This document shows, piece after piece, positions 60,842-64,000 of a stretch of DNA of 64,000 bases; position 1 is the stretch's first letter, and the number at the start of each line of letters is the position of its first letter. The position numbers and the translations under genes were made by a program. The notes beneath the pieces are model-generated. The model was not told the origin of the DNA and ran no database searches. It saw only the letters and a list, made by a program, of their open reading frames with translations. The DNA is from Kudoa neothunni (taxonomy: Eukaryota; Animalia; Cnidaria), in assembly GCA_964304625.1 (NCBI GenBank), contig OZ199838.1, positions 13,413,945-13,477,944 of the forward strand, in the 5' to 3' direction.

Positions 60842-63460
60842 CAATGTTTCCTACCGGTGGGCATGGGAATCTTTGAGCGTTTAACCTTCCGATCGCCTCA
60901 ATATCGACTATACAATACACTTAATGCTTTTGGGGCCTATTAGGCCCCACTTTTTTATTTAATATTATGAATTCAAATAATTTTTAAAATTTTATCATGC
61001 AAAAATAAAAAAATTCTATCGACAAAATCGCACAATATTGGCAAAAAACATACCCGCGAAGTTTCCTGATACTGTCCGAACAATGTTAAGGGCTATATAT
61101 TCTTGTAAAATAAATTTTTAAGAAATATCATTTAAGAAGAACTTTCAAAAAATATTTACAATAATGTGTTATAAAGTATCTCATATATATTTAATTAAAT
61201 TAAAACTTTATGGCACAGCAAAATAGTTATCAACAAAATGGACTAAAAAGGTCTCCAACGTTCAACTTTAACGCATATACCAATGTAAAGTTAAAATTTG
61301 CTTTCTGTGACCTTCCCTAGTATTATCTGTGGGTTTCAGGGAACCCTAGTATCATTATTTATATCAGATCTACAATAAAATCGATGCTCCGCCTCTAATT
61401 AACAATTTATTATGTACGTCAAAACAGAAACCTCATTCCGTAAAAATATGAAAATTATAATACAATTCAGACATTTATTTGTGTCCAATGAACTGTTAAA
61501 ACAAGCACGTTCGGAATGTTCTTCGCAGCAATATTTCTTACGTACAACATACATGCATTGTTAAACGATCACTGTTTCTTGGGCTTACAGTATATTGTTT
61601 AAGGGATTTTTTGGAGCAATATTGGTGCTATTTGGATTTCCTGCTCTTAATGTAGTTACAAAATTGGCGCCAGGGAACTGCTGAAAGAACGGAATGTGCT
61701 AGCGAGATTCTCTAAAAATTAGGCTCTTATGACTTTTTCATCAATGAATATGATTCTGTATAAGCAAAACACGTTTAAAAAATTTATGTGAATATTATAA
61801 AAATTAACTGCTGGCCCACATCTGGAATATCTTTTTAAGTTTGTGGAGGTGAAAATCCGATCAATCGTATCAATAGCTCATTTAATTTTTGTGTAATAAT
61901 TGATGCTACCTGGCTTCTTTTCATCGTTCAATATATTTGTATAAGTTGTTGAATTGGCTAAAATTAACAAATACTTATTATTTTAGGGACATATGAGGCT
62001 AAAATTTTCTTTTCACTAAACAGAAAAAATGAGCTAAGCGACTCCCTTGTTTTATTTTTTTCCATTATACGCGAAACATTCCTCATATCAGCTCTAGGTG
62101 TTCTAACCATGGTAAGAACCATTTTTAATAACTGGAAGCTCTTTGCAACAATGATTATAATAGAGAAAGTCAAACATATTGGCATCACATGTAACATTTC
62201 AGTAAAAATTACCATCCAAAAATATATCAAAAATCCGCTATGTGAAAGATTCTCCGAGCTGCAACATTTGTAAGACCAGGGGTCTTATTAAAAGTTTTCT
62301 TTTTAATATTTTAGAGGTTTTTAAATCTTCTGCGGCCCAGATAAGGTTATTGCCATCATATTCAGGTAAATCAACGACAGAATCAATAAAATCAGAGGAA
62401 TCGAGGATTTCAATGAAGTGTAAATTATAACCGACGGAATATATTTCGTTAAAGACCTCCATGAAGACAAATTTCCATAATAATCGCGCTTCGTGTACAC
62501 TCGTATAAACTCGTTAGAAAGTATATCTCATTTTTCTCTTTATTTCGTCGATAGATCTTGCTAATATTCTCAATTTCATTTTATTATAACTTTATATATA
62601 AAATGATAAAATAAAATTGTGGGTCTATTAGACCCAAAAAGCGCCAAGTGTATAATTTTTATTTTATTTTTCATTCATCAACGATAATGCAAAATTTATT
62701 TAGCAGGCATACAGTGTAAAAAATTTTATAAGAATAGGCCGAGTTTTAGAAATTTTAAATAATTAGAAGGGGACAAAAACTAATCTTTAATATGGCTTGG
62801 GGTCTAATAGACCCCAAAAGCACCCCGAAGGTTAATGAACGGCTCTTGTAGGACGTAGAGAATCCTGAGCATTGATGTGACATGGATAATGGTGAGATAA
62901 TTGGGCAGTGTGGCGTACATTGAAATAAATACTTCGATTTTTTGTCTTGTTTACTTTTAAGCGAATGTGAATATTCTAAACCAATAAAAAAGCACTGATT
63001 AATTTATATGAAAAATATAAAAACGTTTAACATGGTTTTTGTTCAATAGAGTCGGAATGGTTATAATTCCAATGTTGTCACATTTATAACCGTGATCTCC
63101 CCTTTTCTTGATTCATATTAAAACAATATTGATTAATTTTCAATATTAATTATTTAATTTCGGTTTATAAGCCCCGAATATAGAAAAGTTTTGTCGGATG
63201 GGGTTGGATTACCACAAGTTTCACTTAACACTGTTTTTGGCTGAATGCAGAAGTAAAAATGTTTATTTTTAAAGTCCATCTATAAATTAAGTTAGATCAG
63301 GTCGAATACATTTTAATTCTAATGAAGAAGAAATATATATTTGTAATTTCTAATTTTAATGTGACATGAAGCTTGATTCAAAATTATAAGCAGTTTAAGT
63401 TAAAAAATCAATACATTTGAAAAAGGTGGGATGCGATGGAAAAAAAGTTGGGAAACACTG
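60842..63460 (-). mobile_element. Non-autonomous hAT (Charlie-type) element, copy 2, with a nested piggyBac
   Basis: Ends CAATGTTTCC / GGGAAACACTG and an 8-bp TSD CTTTAGAT / CTCTAGAT (Charlie-type NTCTAGAN target). Homologous to 4193-5945. Confidence 0.85.
60885..62831 (-). mobile_element. piggyBac element D (degenerate, internally deleted)
   Basis: TTAA at 60881-60884 and 62832-62835, ends CCTTC / GAAGG with GGGGTCTATTAGACCCC palindromes. Minus-strand peptide KKPGSINYYTKIK*AIDTIDR (piggyBac KP...YN..KGGVD..D motif) and a Cys-rich tail. Confidence 0.8.
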
Positions 63461-64000
63461 CTCTAGATGGACACGATAACACCAAATCATAATAAGTTAG
63501 CTCACGATAATTTATACACATCCTAAGATTTCGAAATGTTTTTCTTACTTACTAGGAATTATTCGTCCAAAAATAGGTTGTTTTTGTCTTAAGACCGAGA
63601 TGGTGGTTTCTCTTATGAGAGTTCAATAACGCTATTTTCATTTTATAAGAATTGGTTTCTATTTGATAAATCTAAATCTTCATTTACAAATAATACTTAC
63701 TGACTGTAATAATGCTTACAGACTTATTGTTTGAGAATATTTCGCTTAACTGAATTTCATTGGTCTCGCCGAAATGATTAGGTACTACACATGTACAAAG
63801 TTAAGTGATATTACATCAATTTAAAATTTCATCCAACTTATTTTTATTTTTTCTTAATAACTACAATATGGTTAGCCGATAATCAATTTTCAAGACCCCT
63901 TGTTCAAAATAATAAATCAATCTAAATAAAAAAAATTCTTATCGATTTTATAAATTGAAGCATTGCTTTAAATAGAAAGAATTATACATTAGTACAAATT

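Noticed and set aside
1-64000. CRISPR array, rRNA or prokaryotic operons
   Set aside because: There are no regularly spaced direct repeats or rRNA-like tracts, and the intron-containing genes show the DNA is eukaryotic.

Overview
Eukaryotic, very AT-rich genomic DNA with short (about 40-90 nt) GT-AG introns and strongly diverged host genes. The style suggests a reduced, fast-evolving animal or parasite genome such as a myxozoan, but that is inference only. Host genes are all on the minus strand: a PRA1/Yip3-family gene, a divergent MYST histone acetyltransferase, a YTHDC1-like m6A reader, the 3' half of GCN1, an unknown single-pass membrane protein with a Thr-rich stalk, and a partial Ser/Thr-rich protein. 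Most of the remaining sequence is nested transposons: piggyBac, hAT, pogo/Tigger, Merlin, MULE, Helitron and a tRNA-derived SINE family. Two elements look young. One is a 4,337-bp intact Ty3/Gypsy element with identical 129-bp, hairpin-rich LTRs and a textbook -1 frameshift signal (U UUA AAC, 6-nt spacer, H-type pseudoknot). The other is a Merlin element with perfect TIRs, nested inside another Merlin, whose open ORF has the first catalytic Asp changed to Glu. No CRISPR array, rRNA or intact tRNA gene was seen. All calls are by eye and no database searches were run.
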